Positions 56,291 to 64,000 of a DNA stretch of 64,000 nucleotides are shown here, one piece after another. The position numbers were made by a program, and so were the translations under genes. Origin of the DNA: an uncultured Bacteroidales bacterium (GTDB lineage: Bacteria; Bacteroidota; Bacteroidia; Bacteroidales; Bacteroidaceae); the NCBI GenBank assembly GCA_902779845.1, contig CACZCZ010000018.1:14747-78746 (forward strand). Direction: 5' to 3'. A model generated the notes under the pieces. The model was not told the origin of the DNA. It searched no databases and saw only the letters and a program-made list of their open reading frames with translations. Within the stretch, counting starts at the first letter, position 1, and the number at the start of each line of letters is the position of its first letter.

Positions 56291-58489
56291 ATGAAAAAGC
56301 TAACAATCTGCCTCTGCCTGCTCCTCTCTCTCGCAGCCATATCCACACAAGCCCAGCAGCCCGCCTTCCCCGGCGCTGAGGGCTTCGGAGCCTACGCCAC
56401 GGGCGGACGCGGCGGTCAGGTGGTACACGTCACCAACCTCAACGCCTCCGGCGCCGGTTCCCTGGCCGATGCCGTGAGTCAGCCCAACCGCATCGTCGTC
56501 TTCGATGTCGGCGGCGTCATCAACATCACCAACGCCAGCATCACCATCAAGAGCAACATCACCATCGCCGGACAGACAGCCCCCGGCGAGGGCATCACCA
56601 TCTACGGCGGTCGCGTCATTGCCTCCAAGAGCAGCAACATCATCATCCGCTACCTGCGCATGCGTGGCGGCAAGAGCATCGACAGCAGCAAGTGCACGCT
56701 GACACTGGACGAATGCCAGAACGTGATCCTCGACCATTGCAGCATCTCGTGGGGACCCTGGGACGACGTACACATCAAGGATGCCAACAACATCACCTGG
56801 CAGCACTGCATCATCTCCGAGGGCATCGAGCCACAGCGCTTCGGCTCCATCACCGACGGCACACGCAACTGGACCGTCCACCACTGTCTCTGGGCCAACA
56901 ACAAGAGCCGCAACCCCAAGATGAAGTGCTACATACAATATTATAATAATGTCGTCTATAACTACAGCATGGGCATCATCGGCGGCCACTCCGCTGCCGA
57001 CAACTACCAGGACGTGATGAACAACTATTTCATCGCAGGCCCCAGCACCACGGGCGACAAGTACTTCGACGACTGGACCGCCACCGACCACCTCTACAGC
57101 ACCGGCAACTACTACGATGGCAACAAGGACGGCACCCTCAACGGCCGCCTCATCACCGACTACCACCAGGCGACCGCCATGCAGCAGCCCTACTTCCAGA
57201 GCTCTAAGAGCGTGCATCTCGAGAGCGCCGCCCAAGCCTACGCCACCGTTGCCGACCAGTGTGGAGCCTCGCGCGTTCGCGACAGCCACGACCTCCGCAT
57301 CATCGACCACCTCATCTCCCTCGGCACACGCGGCGCCTTCATCGCCAGCGAGGACGACCTCGGCGGCATCGGCACCGTGACCGGAGGTGCGGCCCCGCAG
57401 GACACCGACCGCGACGGAATGCCCGACGACTGGGAGCGAGCCAACGGCCTCAACCCCAACGCCAATGATGCCGCTGCCACCACCCTCGGAGGCGGCTACA
57501 CCAACATCGAACACTACGTCAACAGCCTCGCCGCCAAGTCCAACTACATCATCTGCCCGCAGGCCGTGACCGCCAAGGCCACCGCCTCCACCAAGGCGCG
57601 CATCACCTGGACCAATATGCAGGAGGATGCCACCGCCATCGTCATCGAGCAGAGCGAGGACGGCGTCAGCTTCGTGGAAATCAAGCGCGTGGCACCCAAG
57701 ACCACCAGCCTCACCGTCACAGGACTCACTGCCAAGAAGGTTTACTACTTCCGCCTGAAGACCATCACCCCCGAGGGCGAGTCCGACTACTCCCCCGTCG
57801 TTGCCATCAACGACGAGTTCATGCGCCCCGGCGGCGGCACACCCGCCGGCACACGCACCTTCTCCCCCGTGGCCGGCAAGCTCTACCGCATCATCAGCTA
57901 CGCCACCATCCCCTTCAACTCAGGCACCACCCTCGGCGGCTCCCCCAAGTACCTCTGCTGCAACGCCAACGGCAGCCTCGGCACCACCGACAACTACGCC
58001 TGGGATGACCACGCCCTCATGTGGGAAATCACAGCCGTGGAGGGCGGCTACCAAATCCGCAACTTCGGCACAGGCCTCTACTTCACCGCCAACAATGTCA
58101 GCGTGGGCTCCGGCGAAGTCCGCATCGGCACCACCGCCACGCCCTCCGTCTTCACCATCACCTACACCGGCGACCAGTCGCCCGCGCAGAGCGGCCTCTC
58201 CACCGCCGTCTCCATGTACCGCATCAACAGCCCTGCCGCCAGCAACTATCAGATCCGCGCCCGCGGCTTCGCCGACGACTGGTTCTGGGGCTCCGGCACC
58301 CTCGACCGCGCCGACATGATTTTCACCTTCTCCGATGTGGATCGCGGTTTAGTTGACGCCATCAGCCATCCCGCTGCTGACATCACCACACGCCCCACCA
58401 CCATCTACAACCTTCAGGGACAACCCCTGAGCAAGCCCCAGAAAGGCATCAACATCATCAACGGCAAAAAAGTTCTCTTAGCGAAATAG
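56291..58489 (+). CDS. Pectate lyase with Fn3-like and carbohydrate-binding modules and a T9SS C-terminal sorting domain
   Basis: AFPGAEGFGAYATGGRGGQVVHVTNL pectate-lyase N-terminus and a C-terminal TTIYNLQGQPL...INGKKVLLAK Por-secretion tail. Confidence 0.85.
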   Translation: MKKLTICLCLLLSLAAISTQAQQPAFPGAEGFGAYATGGRGGQVVHVTNLNASGAGSLADAVSQPNRIVVFDVGGVINITNASITIKSNITIAGQTAPGEGITIYGGRVIASKSSNIIIRYLRMRGGKSIDSSKCTLTLDECQNVILDHCSISWGPWDDVHIKDANNITWQHCIISEGIEPQRFGSITDGTRNWTVHHCLWANNKSRNPKMKCYIQYYNNVVYNYSMGIIGGHSAADNYQDVMNNYFIAGPSTTGDKYFDDWTATDHLYSTGNYYDGNKDGTLNGRLITDYHQATAMQQPYFQSSKSVHLESAAQAYATVADQCGASRVRDSHDLRIIDHLISLGTRGAFIASEDDLGGIGTVTGGAAPQDTDRDGMPDDWERANGLNPNANDAAATTLGGGYTNIEHYVNSLAAKSNYIICPQAVTAKATASTKARITWTNMQEDATAIVIEQSEDGVSFVEIKRVAPKTTSLTVTGLTAKKVYYFRLKTITPEGESDYSPVVAINDEFMRPGGGTPAGTRTFSPVAGKLYRIISYATIPFNSGTTLGGSPKYLCCNANGSLGTTDNYAWDDHALMWEITAVEGGYQIRNFGTGLYFTANNVSVGSGEVRIGTTATPSVFTITYTGDQSPAQSGLSTAVSMYRINSPAASNYQIRARGFADDWFWGSGTLDRADMIFTFSDVDRGLVDAISHPAADITTRPTTIYNLQGQPLSKPQKGINIINGKKVLLAK

Positions 58490-58530
58490 CAACCATCTAA
58501 TTTGCCTAAAGAACCCTACGCTCCCCCAAA

Positions 58531-58567
58531 ACTCCCCTCTTTGAAGAGAGAGGGGTTGGGGGTGAGT
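58531..58567. repeat. GC-rich hairpin element (CTCCCCTCT-TTGAAG-AGAGAGGGGTTGGGGGTGAG)
   Basis: Same family as 44673-44712 and 58886-58926. Confidence 0.85.
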
Positions 58568-58590
58568 CTAGGGCTCGGGGGCGTTAGGTC

Positions 58591-59112
58591 CTAACGTATT
58601 CTCCGTCTGTTGCCTTGTGCGCGGACGGCGAAGTGGAGCCAGATGGCGCCGCGGGCGTTGCGCTCGATGAGGAGTTCATCAAAGTCCTCCCTGCTTTCAT
58701 CGCTGATGTCCAGCAGGATGACGGCATAGCGCAGAGCTTGTTCCATGCCGCTCACCCTGATGTCTGCGGCGCAGCCGGTGAGGTGGTTGGAGTTGGCGGC
58801 ACCGCCCACAGCTTTGTTCACCGCCTCGGACCTGAACCCACTGTTAATCACTATTGGCTCGTCCTCACTCCCCTCCCGCCGCAGGCTCCCCCCTCGCCTT
58901 TCGGAGAGGGGGTTAGGGGGTGAGGCTCTTTCATAGCGTTCGTTGTAGCGGCTTCTCAACAGCTCCAACCATCCACACACCCGCTTCAGGTTCTCTATTT
59001 GTGCCTCATTCGGCACATTCTTCAAATTCACACTCGTCTTTGTCATCTCCGCGAGTGTGAAATGTTCTGTTAATCTCATTGTTACTTGTTGCATAAGGTT
59101 TTGTTTTTCCAC
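58591..59112 (-). CDS. Peptidase M15-family (phage endolysin-like D-alanyl-D-alanine carboxypeptidase fold)
   Basis: FTLAEMTKT...VINSGFRSEAVNKAVGGAANSNHLTGCAADI...WLHFAV gives an H/D/H zinc-ligand pattern. A hairpin element is inserted in frame at 58886-58926. Confidence 0.75.
   Translation of the reverse strand: MEKQNLMQQVTMRLTEHFTLAEMTKTSVNLKNVPNEAQIENLKRVCGWLELLRSRYNERYERASPPNPLSERRGGSLRREGSEDEPIVINSGFRSEAVNKAVGGAANSNHLTGCAADIRVSGMEQALRYAVILLDISDESREDFDELLIERNARGAIWLHFAVRAQGNRRRIR
58886..58926. repeat. GC-rich hairpin element in frame inside the M15 peptidase gene
   Basis: CTCCCCCCTCGCC-TTTC-GGAGAGGGGGTTAGGGGGTGAGGC. On the minus strand it encodes SPPNPLSERRGG. Confidence 0.85.
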
Positions 59113-59235
59113 AACGAATTATACTAATTTTACGAATTATAGAGGTTTTGCATTCATTGCCGACAGCGTTCGAAGCCAGCGTGAGCGCTTCGCTTAGAAA
59201 TTCGTCTAATTTGTCTAATTCGTTGTGTTTAAGAT

Positions 59236-59628
59236 TTAATTGATTTCCTGTTTCTTTTTGCTCACATTTATCGGTGTTGAGTGTGGGAACACTACGCTGT
59301 ATGCCTTATCCAGCGCACGCAGGTTCACTTGGCACTTCGTGATGCCGAGCCTGACAGCCACGACGGCGCGTAGAAATTCGCGGTGTGGACGCGGATAGAG
59401 CGAGGGCAGCGGCAGGATGTCCCAGCCGTACATGGGTTCCTCCATCTCTCGCGAGGCTCGGAAGCACACCTCCCAGATGAAATCGTCGTTGGCGCGCAAT
59501 CCGAACCACGATTTCAGGATGCGGCGCGGGCAGAACCGCTTGTTCTGCGCCCACAGGAGGCGCCTCGTGCGCTCCAGCCGTAGCCAGAGCTCCACAAAGC
59601 ATTCTTGGTTGTTGTCTATTGTAATCAT
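59236..59628 (-). CDS. Hypothetical protein (130 aa)
   Basis: ORF co-oriented with its neighbours. No motif recognised. Confidence 0.45.
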   Translation of the reverse strand: MITIDNNQECFVELWLRLERTRRLLWAQNKRFCPRRILKSWFGLRANDDFIWEVCFRASREMEEPMYGWDILPLPSLYPRPHREFLRAVVAVRLGITKCQVNLRALDKAYSVVFPHSTPINVSKKKQEIN

Positions 59629-59636
59629 AGTTTCTT

Positions 59637-59672
59637 AATGACTAATGACTAATGACTAATGACTTAATGACC
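59637..59672. repeat. (TGACTAA)n heptamer array
   Basis: aatgactaatgactaatgactaatgacttaatgacc, lying between two phage-like ORFs. Confidence 0.9.
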
Positions 59673-59676
59673 ACCG

Positions 59677-62166
59677 TTAAACCTTCACCTTTCGAAAGCG
59701 TCCTTCATCTTTCACGATGAGCCCCTGCCTTCTCCAGTTCTTCAGCATCTGCTGTACCGCGTTGTGGGTCACATGTGCCCCCTTCACGGCTACGCTCTGC
59801 TGGAAGGCATGTTCGTAAGTGAACAGCACATCCAGACGCTCGAAGATGGAATCGTTCTTGCCTGTGCGCTGGCGCTCACTTCCGGCATAGTCACGACTCA
59901 TGAAAGCGTTCTCTATACGGTCGCGGAAGAAATGGAGGGCATTCTCCAAGAGAGCGTCGGCGATGGTGTCGAAGACGGTCAGCATTTGAACCGTCTGTGC
60001 CTTGGTTAAGAGCTCCTTCCAGAGTGTGGCTTTCTGCTTCAGCTGCGCCTCAGCACCGTTCAAGCCGTGCTTCTGGATGAGTGTCTCACAGACCTTGCAG
60101 AGCATCACGCAGCAGGTCATGCGCTGCGCCGTCACGCAGATGCGGAAGCGCTGGCGGGCACGCACCTTATCGTCGTTCTTCATCGTCTCCAGACGGATGC
60201 GCTCCAGCCACTCGCGACCCTTTGCCTCCAACTTCGGCAGTACCACCTCGCCCTGCATCAGCGGCAGCAGATGGGCCACCTGTTGGATGCGCTCTTGTTG
60301 GAGTTCGGTCAGCACGTGCGGCTTCTCTTCCAGCGGAGCGAAGGTGTTGTCGGGTGTGCGGGCTACGGCAATGCGGCTTTGGAAACCGTCGGTGTAGTTC
60401 GAGACGACGCGGTAGAGTGCATCGGGAGTGCCACACATCACCACATTCCACAACAGGCGTTGGATGTGCACGTTCACCGCTTCTGCCGAACGCGCCTCAC
60501 GCTCATAGCTGGTGCCGTCGTAGCTCTGGCGCAGCATCACGGAGAAGTCGCTCATAGTAGAGCGCCATTTCTGCGCCACTGTGTCGGCTTCGGGCGTGAA
60601 GGAGAAGGCGTGTTTACCTTCGGTGTTGGCCAATCGCTCGGCGAGGTTGGCGACGGTGTTGTTTAGCGTCAGGCAGCGCACAGGCAGCTTGGGCTCCTCG
60701 GGCTGTTCCTTCTTGTTCTTCGCCGCACGCTTCTTGGCGCGCCACTCTTCTTCCTGCTGTTGGTACATCATGTCGAGCGCTTTCACCTCGCTCATCCAGG
60801 CATCCACAACGGGGTCTATCGAGCCCTTCCCGCTTGCGAAGTCACCTGCGATGTAGGCGATGAGGTTGAGCCCTTTCTGCTGTCCGTGGACATCGAGCTT
60901 TACGCCCGTCGCCAACGCACCAATGCAGGGGCAGATGGCCGTCACCACTGGCATCGCTAACTGAGGGCCTACAGCGTCGATAGAGTCGCGAACACCCTGG
61001 GGCATGCGCTTAATGGACAATTGAGAATTGAGGGTTGATAGTTGTTCGCTCTCCGCATCCGACGCCTCACCGACATCTTCCAATTGTCCATTTTCAATTT
61101 TCAATTTTTCATTCAAAATGCTCCTCAGCATTTTGCTAACCCCCTTCACCGGCTCTTTGCAGGCGCTATCTACGATGCTGCGCAGCTCCGTCTCACTGAG
61201 CCCGTAGCGCGGCATGATGGCCATCAGCACATCCTTCTTGTTGTCGCAGATCGCGCGCAGGTTCACCGCCAGCTGGTACAGCCTCACATTGCGCTCACCC
61301 TCGGCAGGTTCCCCGCCCGTAGTAGCCAAGAAAGCCTGGATGATGTCACTATACAGAATGCCGCGATAGGAAAGAGAGGTGGCCCCCTCTAAATTGTCCG
61401 TCCTCAGCATAGGAGATATGCTTCGGTCGCTCCGGGCTGATTGACATTCAGTCAATCCGCTATTTCCTTCGCTACCCCGAGGGGAGACTTCAGATTTTTC
61501 ACTTTTTAATTTTTCACTTTTCACTTTCTCGTCCCACGGACGATAGTGCTTATTCACCTTCTTCGCCCCTTCGGGTACCTCCTCCAGGCCCTGTGCCTCG
61601 CGCTCCTTCAGGCGGCGGAACTCTTCGGCACCCTCCTCAGCGCTCAGCGTCTCCGTGAAGATGGCATCGTCCAGATAGAATAGGTTGTCGGGCGTTGCAG
61701 GCCCCGTGAACATCACGCGCTGCTCATCGTGCGTAGAGGTGTCCATCTCCGTCTCTGTCAGCGTGGCGATTCGCACTTGGTTCTCCAGAATCGTCTTGCC
61801 CAACTCACGGCGGAATACCCCGTGCAGGCCGTAGTTTGCCGACCCCGACAGCTCCAGTAGCCCCAGTTCCGTTGCCATCGCCAGTAACTTCTCCTTGATG
61901 CGCTGTTGCTCCTCGGGACTGCTGCAGTCAATGTCGTGGGAGAATGTCGAGGCCGCATGATGGCAGCCCTTTAGCACCCCGTCGGGCAGCTGGTCGTTGT
62001 AGTTGAACTGCAGCTGACGGCCTTTTGCCTTCTGGTCGCCGCCGCGAGCGCAGAGGAAGTTCTTCACGTTCTCGTCCGCGTTCCTCATGCCGCAATACGT
62101 CTCTCTGTTCGTGACGAGGCGGGCTACCTTGTGCCCGCTCCCGTCCATGTAAATGAGATTCACCAT
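59677..62166 (-). CDS. Phage/plasmid primase-helicase-like protein (DUF3987-like, tentative)
   Basis: 829-aa ORF with a P-loop-like GDFASGKGS. Its size and context resemble Bacteroidota VirE/DUF3987 proteins. The family assignment is from memory only. Contains repeat-array inserts. Confidence 0.5.
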   Translation of the reverse strand: MVNLIYMDGSGHKVARLVTNRETYCGMRNADENVKNFLCARGGDQKAKGRQLQFNYNDQLPDGVLKGCHHAASTFSHDIDCSSPEEQQRIKEKLLAMATELGLLELSGSANYGLHGVFRRELGKTILENQVRIATLTETEMDTSTHDEQRVMFTGPATPDNLFYLDDAIFTETLSAEEGAEEFRRLKEREAQGLEEVPEGAKKVNKHYRPWDEKVKSEKLKSEKSEVSPRGSEGNSGLTECQSARSDRSISPMLRTDNLEGATSLSYRGILYSDIIQAFLATTGGEPAEGERNVRLYQLAVNLRAICDNKKDVLMAIMPRYGLSETELRSIVDSACKEPVKGVSKMLRSILNEKLKIENGQLEDVGEASDAESEQLSTLNSQLSIKRMPQGVRDSIDAVGPQLAMPVVTAICPCIGALATGVKLDVHGQQKGLNLIAYIAGDFASGKGSIDPVVDAWMSEVKALDMMYQQQEEEWRAKKRAAKNKKEQPEEPKLPVRCLTLNNTVANLAERLANTEGKHAFSFTPEADTVAQKWRSTMSDFSVMLRQSYDGTSYEREARSAEAVNVHIQRLLWNVVMCGTPDALYRVVSNYTDGFQSRIAVARTPDNTFAPLEEKPHVLTELQQERIQQVAHLLPLMQGEVVLPKLEAKGREWLERIRLETMKNDDKVRARQRFRICVTAQRMTCCVMLCKVCETLIQKHGLNGAEAQLKQKATLWKELLTKAQTVQMLTVFDTIADALLENALHFFRDRIENAFMSRDYAGSERQRTGKNDSIFERLDVLFTYEHAFQQSVAVKGAHVTHNAVQQMLKNWRRQGLIVKDEGRFRKVKV
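61015..61114. repeat. AATTGAG/GGGTTGA and AATTGTC/TTTTCAA arrays inside the 829-aa ORF
   Basis: ggacaattgagaattgagggttgatagttg (61015-61045) and caattgtccattttcaattttcaatttttcattc (61081-61114). Confidence 0.85.
61494..61529. repeat. TTTTCAC array inside the 829-aa ORF
   Basis: atttttcactttttaatttttcacttttcactttc. Encodes KVKSEKLKSEKSE on the minus strand. Confidence 0.85.
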
Positions 62167-62171
62167 ACCTC

Positions 62172-62543
62172 TTACAGCTTATAGATGATATTTCTCAGCA
62201 CCTTCTGCGCAATCGCGCCCGCCTGGCTCACCAACTGCTCCGGCAGCTCGTCCACCAACTCCTCAGGCAACGTGAACACGAAGTAGAACTTCCCATCGCG
62301 CCCCAGCGACAACGAGCAGTTGTCGTCGCGGAAGATTGCCTTGTTGCGGACGCGTTTCGGCAGCTCCGTCACGTACACGTTGCCGTCGCGCATCACCTGT
62401 ACTTTACACTTGGCGGCATAAGCCTCCATCTTCACGTCCTCGCCGCACATGAAATCAGCGGTGTGGAGTCCGTTCTTCAGTTCGCCGAAGGTCATCAGAC
62501 CATCGACAGAAATATGCTTGCTTGATTTTTTCTTTGTAGCCAT
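62172..62543 (-). CDS. Hypothetical protein (123 aa)
   Basis: The stop lies 6 nt upstream of the next ATG. No motif recognised. Confidence 0.55.
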   Translation of the reverse strand: MATKKKSSKHISVDGLMTFGELKNGLHTADFMCGEDVKMEAYAAKCKVQVMRDGNVYVTELPKRVRNKAIFRDDNCSLSLGRDGKFYFVFTLPEELVDELPEQLVSQAGAIAQKVLRNIIYKL

Positions 62544-62678
62544 AATTCTGTAGTTTGTTTAGTTGAGTCCTCGGGAGGAGCGAAGTAGTTAGTTGTCGAC
62601 ATTTAAACCGGTACTCTTCCCTCACTCAGCCGTCAAACTCAGAATTGATTGAAATTAAATACTTGTGGTGTTTAGTTA

Positions 62679-62951
62679 TCAGCTGTTCAGTCGGAACACA
62701 TTGATGTCGTTATAGACTTTGCCGTTGTATTCGCGGGTGCGAATACCGAAGAACACGTCCACGTGCTGTCCCACACTCAGCGGTGTCGCAGGAATCTTGT
62801 CGTTGAACAAGTCTAGTGCCATCTCGTTGGGGAACATGATGCTGGGGTCATCCTCCATCACCACGATGGTCAGTTTGCGCCACTGTCCGCCCTGTTGGGT
62901 CTGCCCCTCCTGGAGAGGCATCACCCGTGTAATCTTTCCAGAAATTTTCAT
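62679..62951 (-). CDS. DUF3127-like (OB-fold-like) protein
   Basis: MKISGKITRVMPLQEGQTQQGGQWRKLTIVV... resembles the DUF3127 family common in Bacteroidota phages. Assigned from memory. Confidence 0.55.
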   Translation of the reverse strand: MKISGKITRVMPLQEGQTQQGGQWRKLTIVVMEDDPSIMFPNEMALDLFNDKIPATPLSVGQHVDVFFGIRTREYNGKVYNDINVFRLNS

Positions 62952-63032
62952 TGTCATTTGTTTGTTTTACGTCGCTGCCTTTTCAGCGACTTTTTTAAGT
63001 TTACGATAATAATTGTTTGTTTTTGTTTCTCA

Positions 63033-63069
63033 CATGTAATGCCCACGAATTAGTTCCATGTAATGCCCA
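63033..63069. repeat. 13-bp direct repeat CATGTAATGCCCA x2 (24-bp period)
   Basis: Copies at 63033-63045 and 63057-63069, upstream of the DUF3127-like gene. Confidence 0.85.
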
Positions 63070-63326
63070 TTAATATTTTTGACCATTATATGTACCCATT
63101 CTTGAAGTGTCAAGCGTCGCAAGCGCCGAGCGCGTGGTCATTCGTGTGAAAGATGTATTCACGCGGCCTACCGCGTGGTTCTTTTACCCAACATGTCATA
63201 GAGCACCGTCAAACGCTTTGTTTTGTTTGACAGTGCAAAGGTAAGGACATAAAAAAGCCCCCGAAAGGACTTCAGGGGCAATACGGAACAAAAAACGGAA
63301 CTCTGGAACTGAATCCTGAACTATCT

Positions 63327-63782
63327 TCACGGCAGCACCTCTCGGAACTGCTCCAGCAGGTGGAGAGCACGACCCTTGGCACCAATCTCTCGCCAACGCT
63401 CCACAGGCTTTTCCAGATAAGGGTTGTTGCGGAAAGCATCTGAGAGTGTGCCCGCCTTACAGCGATAATCTAGGTGCAGCTCGTCGGCAATGCTTTCTAT
63501 CTCACGCTCAAACTCAGCCATATTATTCGCGTAGCCCCAGTGGTCACGCAACTCACAAAACAGCACCGCATACGCACTCGCGCCCCACATATACTGCTGC
63601 ACCGCGGCAGCAGCCTTCGCCAGCGCCTCGTGCGACAACCCATCACCCTCGGCTTCGCGCGCCGCGTGTTCCTGATACACCACCTTCGCGCCACTCTCCA
63701 CGACACCGATTACCTGTACGTTTGTTAGCTGTGCGCCGTTGAACATCCCTTGCAACAGCTGCATCTTCTCTGCGCTCGTCAT
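63327..63782 (-). CDS. Hypothetical protein (151 aa)
   Basis: ORF overlapping the upstream ORF stop by 4 nt. No motif recognised. Confidence 0.5.
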   Translation of the reverse strand: MTSAEKMQLLQGMFNGAQLTNVQVIGVVESGAKVVYQEHAAREAEGDGLSHEALAKAAAAVQQYMWGASAYAVLFCELRDHWGYANNMAEFEREIESIADELHLDYRCKAGTLSDAFRNNPYLEKPVERWREIGAKGRALHLLEQFREVLP

Positions 63783-64000
63783 GCCACCTCCTCCTTATTA
63801 CTATAGTCGTGAATCACCTTTGCGCCCGATTCCGCACTAAGGATAACCTGGTCTGCATGCGCAATCGCAGGCACCTTCGGCTCAGGACGCTCATCATCGA
63901 GCGCATCCAGCGTCGCCTCAACGTCTGCGGGGAATGTGATACCATTGGAGATGGCCAGCTCCAGCACCATCTCCTTCACCGCCACGCGCTTCTCCAGGCG
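63779..64000 (-). CDS. Hypothetical protein, 5' end probably outside the window
   Basis: The frame stays open from 63985 to the window edge (..RLEKRVAVKEMV..). Confidence 0.4.
   Translation of the reverse strand, partial: RLEKRVAVKEMVLELAISNGITFPADVEATLDALDDERPEPKVPAIAHADQVILSAESGAKVIHDYSNKEEVA

Larger units (their letters stand above)
58591..64000. mobile_element. Phage-like or integrated-element gene block (incomplete in window)
   Basis: A co-oriented minus-strand run: M15 peptidase, small orphan ORFs, an 829-aa primase/helicase-like protein and a DUF3127-like protein. No integrase or ends are in the window. Confidence 0.45.

Overview
This window looks like a high-GC Bacteroidota (Prevotellaceae-like) chromosome segment. 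That inference rests on recurrent TAnnTTTG -7 promoter boxes, a T9SS C-terminal sorting domain, a type III glutamine synthetase and an extended S16. Most of it is housekeeping: dcp, dCMP deaminase, recF, ribH, smpB, metH, guaA, pepD, prmA, fbp, glnN, rpsP, ettA, cdd, glnS, ribE, two deoxynucleoside kinases, tRNA-Thr, and pectin and cell-wall enzymes. Three things stand out.

(1) A visibly AT-rich island of about 8 kb (~23.55-31.68 kb) has no integrase. It carries a clear retron-type reverse transcriptase with NAxxH, YADD and VTG motifs. A structured leader bounded by a 14-bp inverted repeat lies 5' of the RT and is a candidate msr-msd. Two tightly coupled genes lie 3' of it: a 275-aa protein with an RNEQSH (Rx4H, HEPN-like) motif and an orphan 181-aa protein. 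A WYL-domain regulator, a DUF1566-like gene and an orphan 199-aa gene flank this operon. All three have promoters of identical architecture: a GCGAAC-N5-GTTCGC palindrome exactly 10 bp upstream of the -7 box. This is my best candidate for an undescribed defence system.

(2) Almost every intergenic region is filled with about 7-nt tandem arrays (GTGAAAA, GGGTTGA/GGGTTAA, AATTGTC, CAGGATT, TGACTAA and others) and GC-rich hairpin elements. Several of these are inserted in frame into conserved genes: dcp, metH (twice), guaA, a TonB-dependent receptor, an M15 peptidase and a phage primase-like gene. Some encode signal-peptide cores.

(3) A phage-like gene block runs from 58.6 kb to the window end.

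Many long ORFs in the track are antisense or off-frame shadows of real genes in GC-rich DNA and are rejected.
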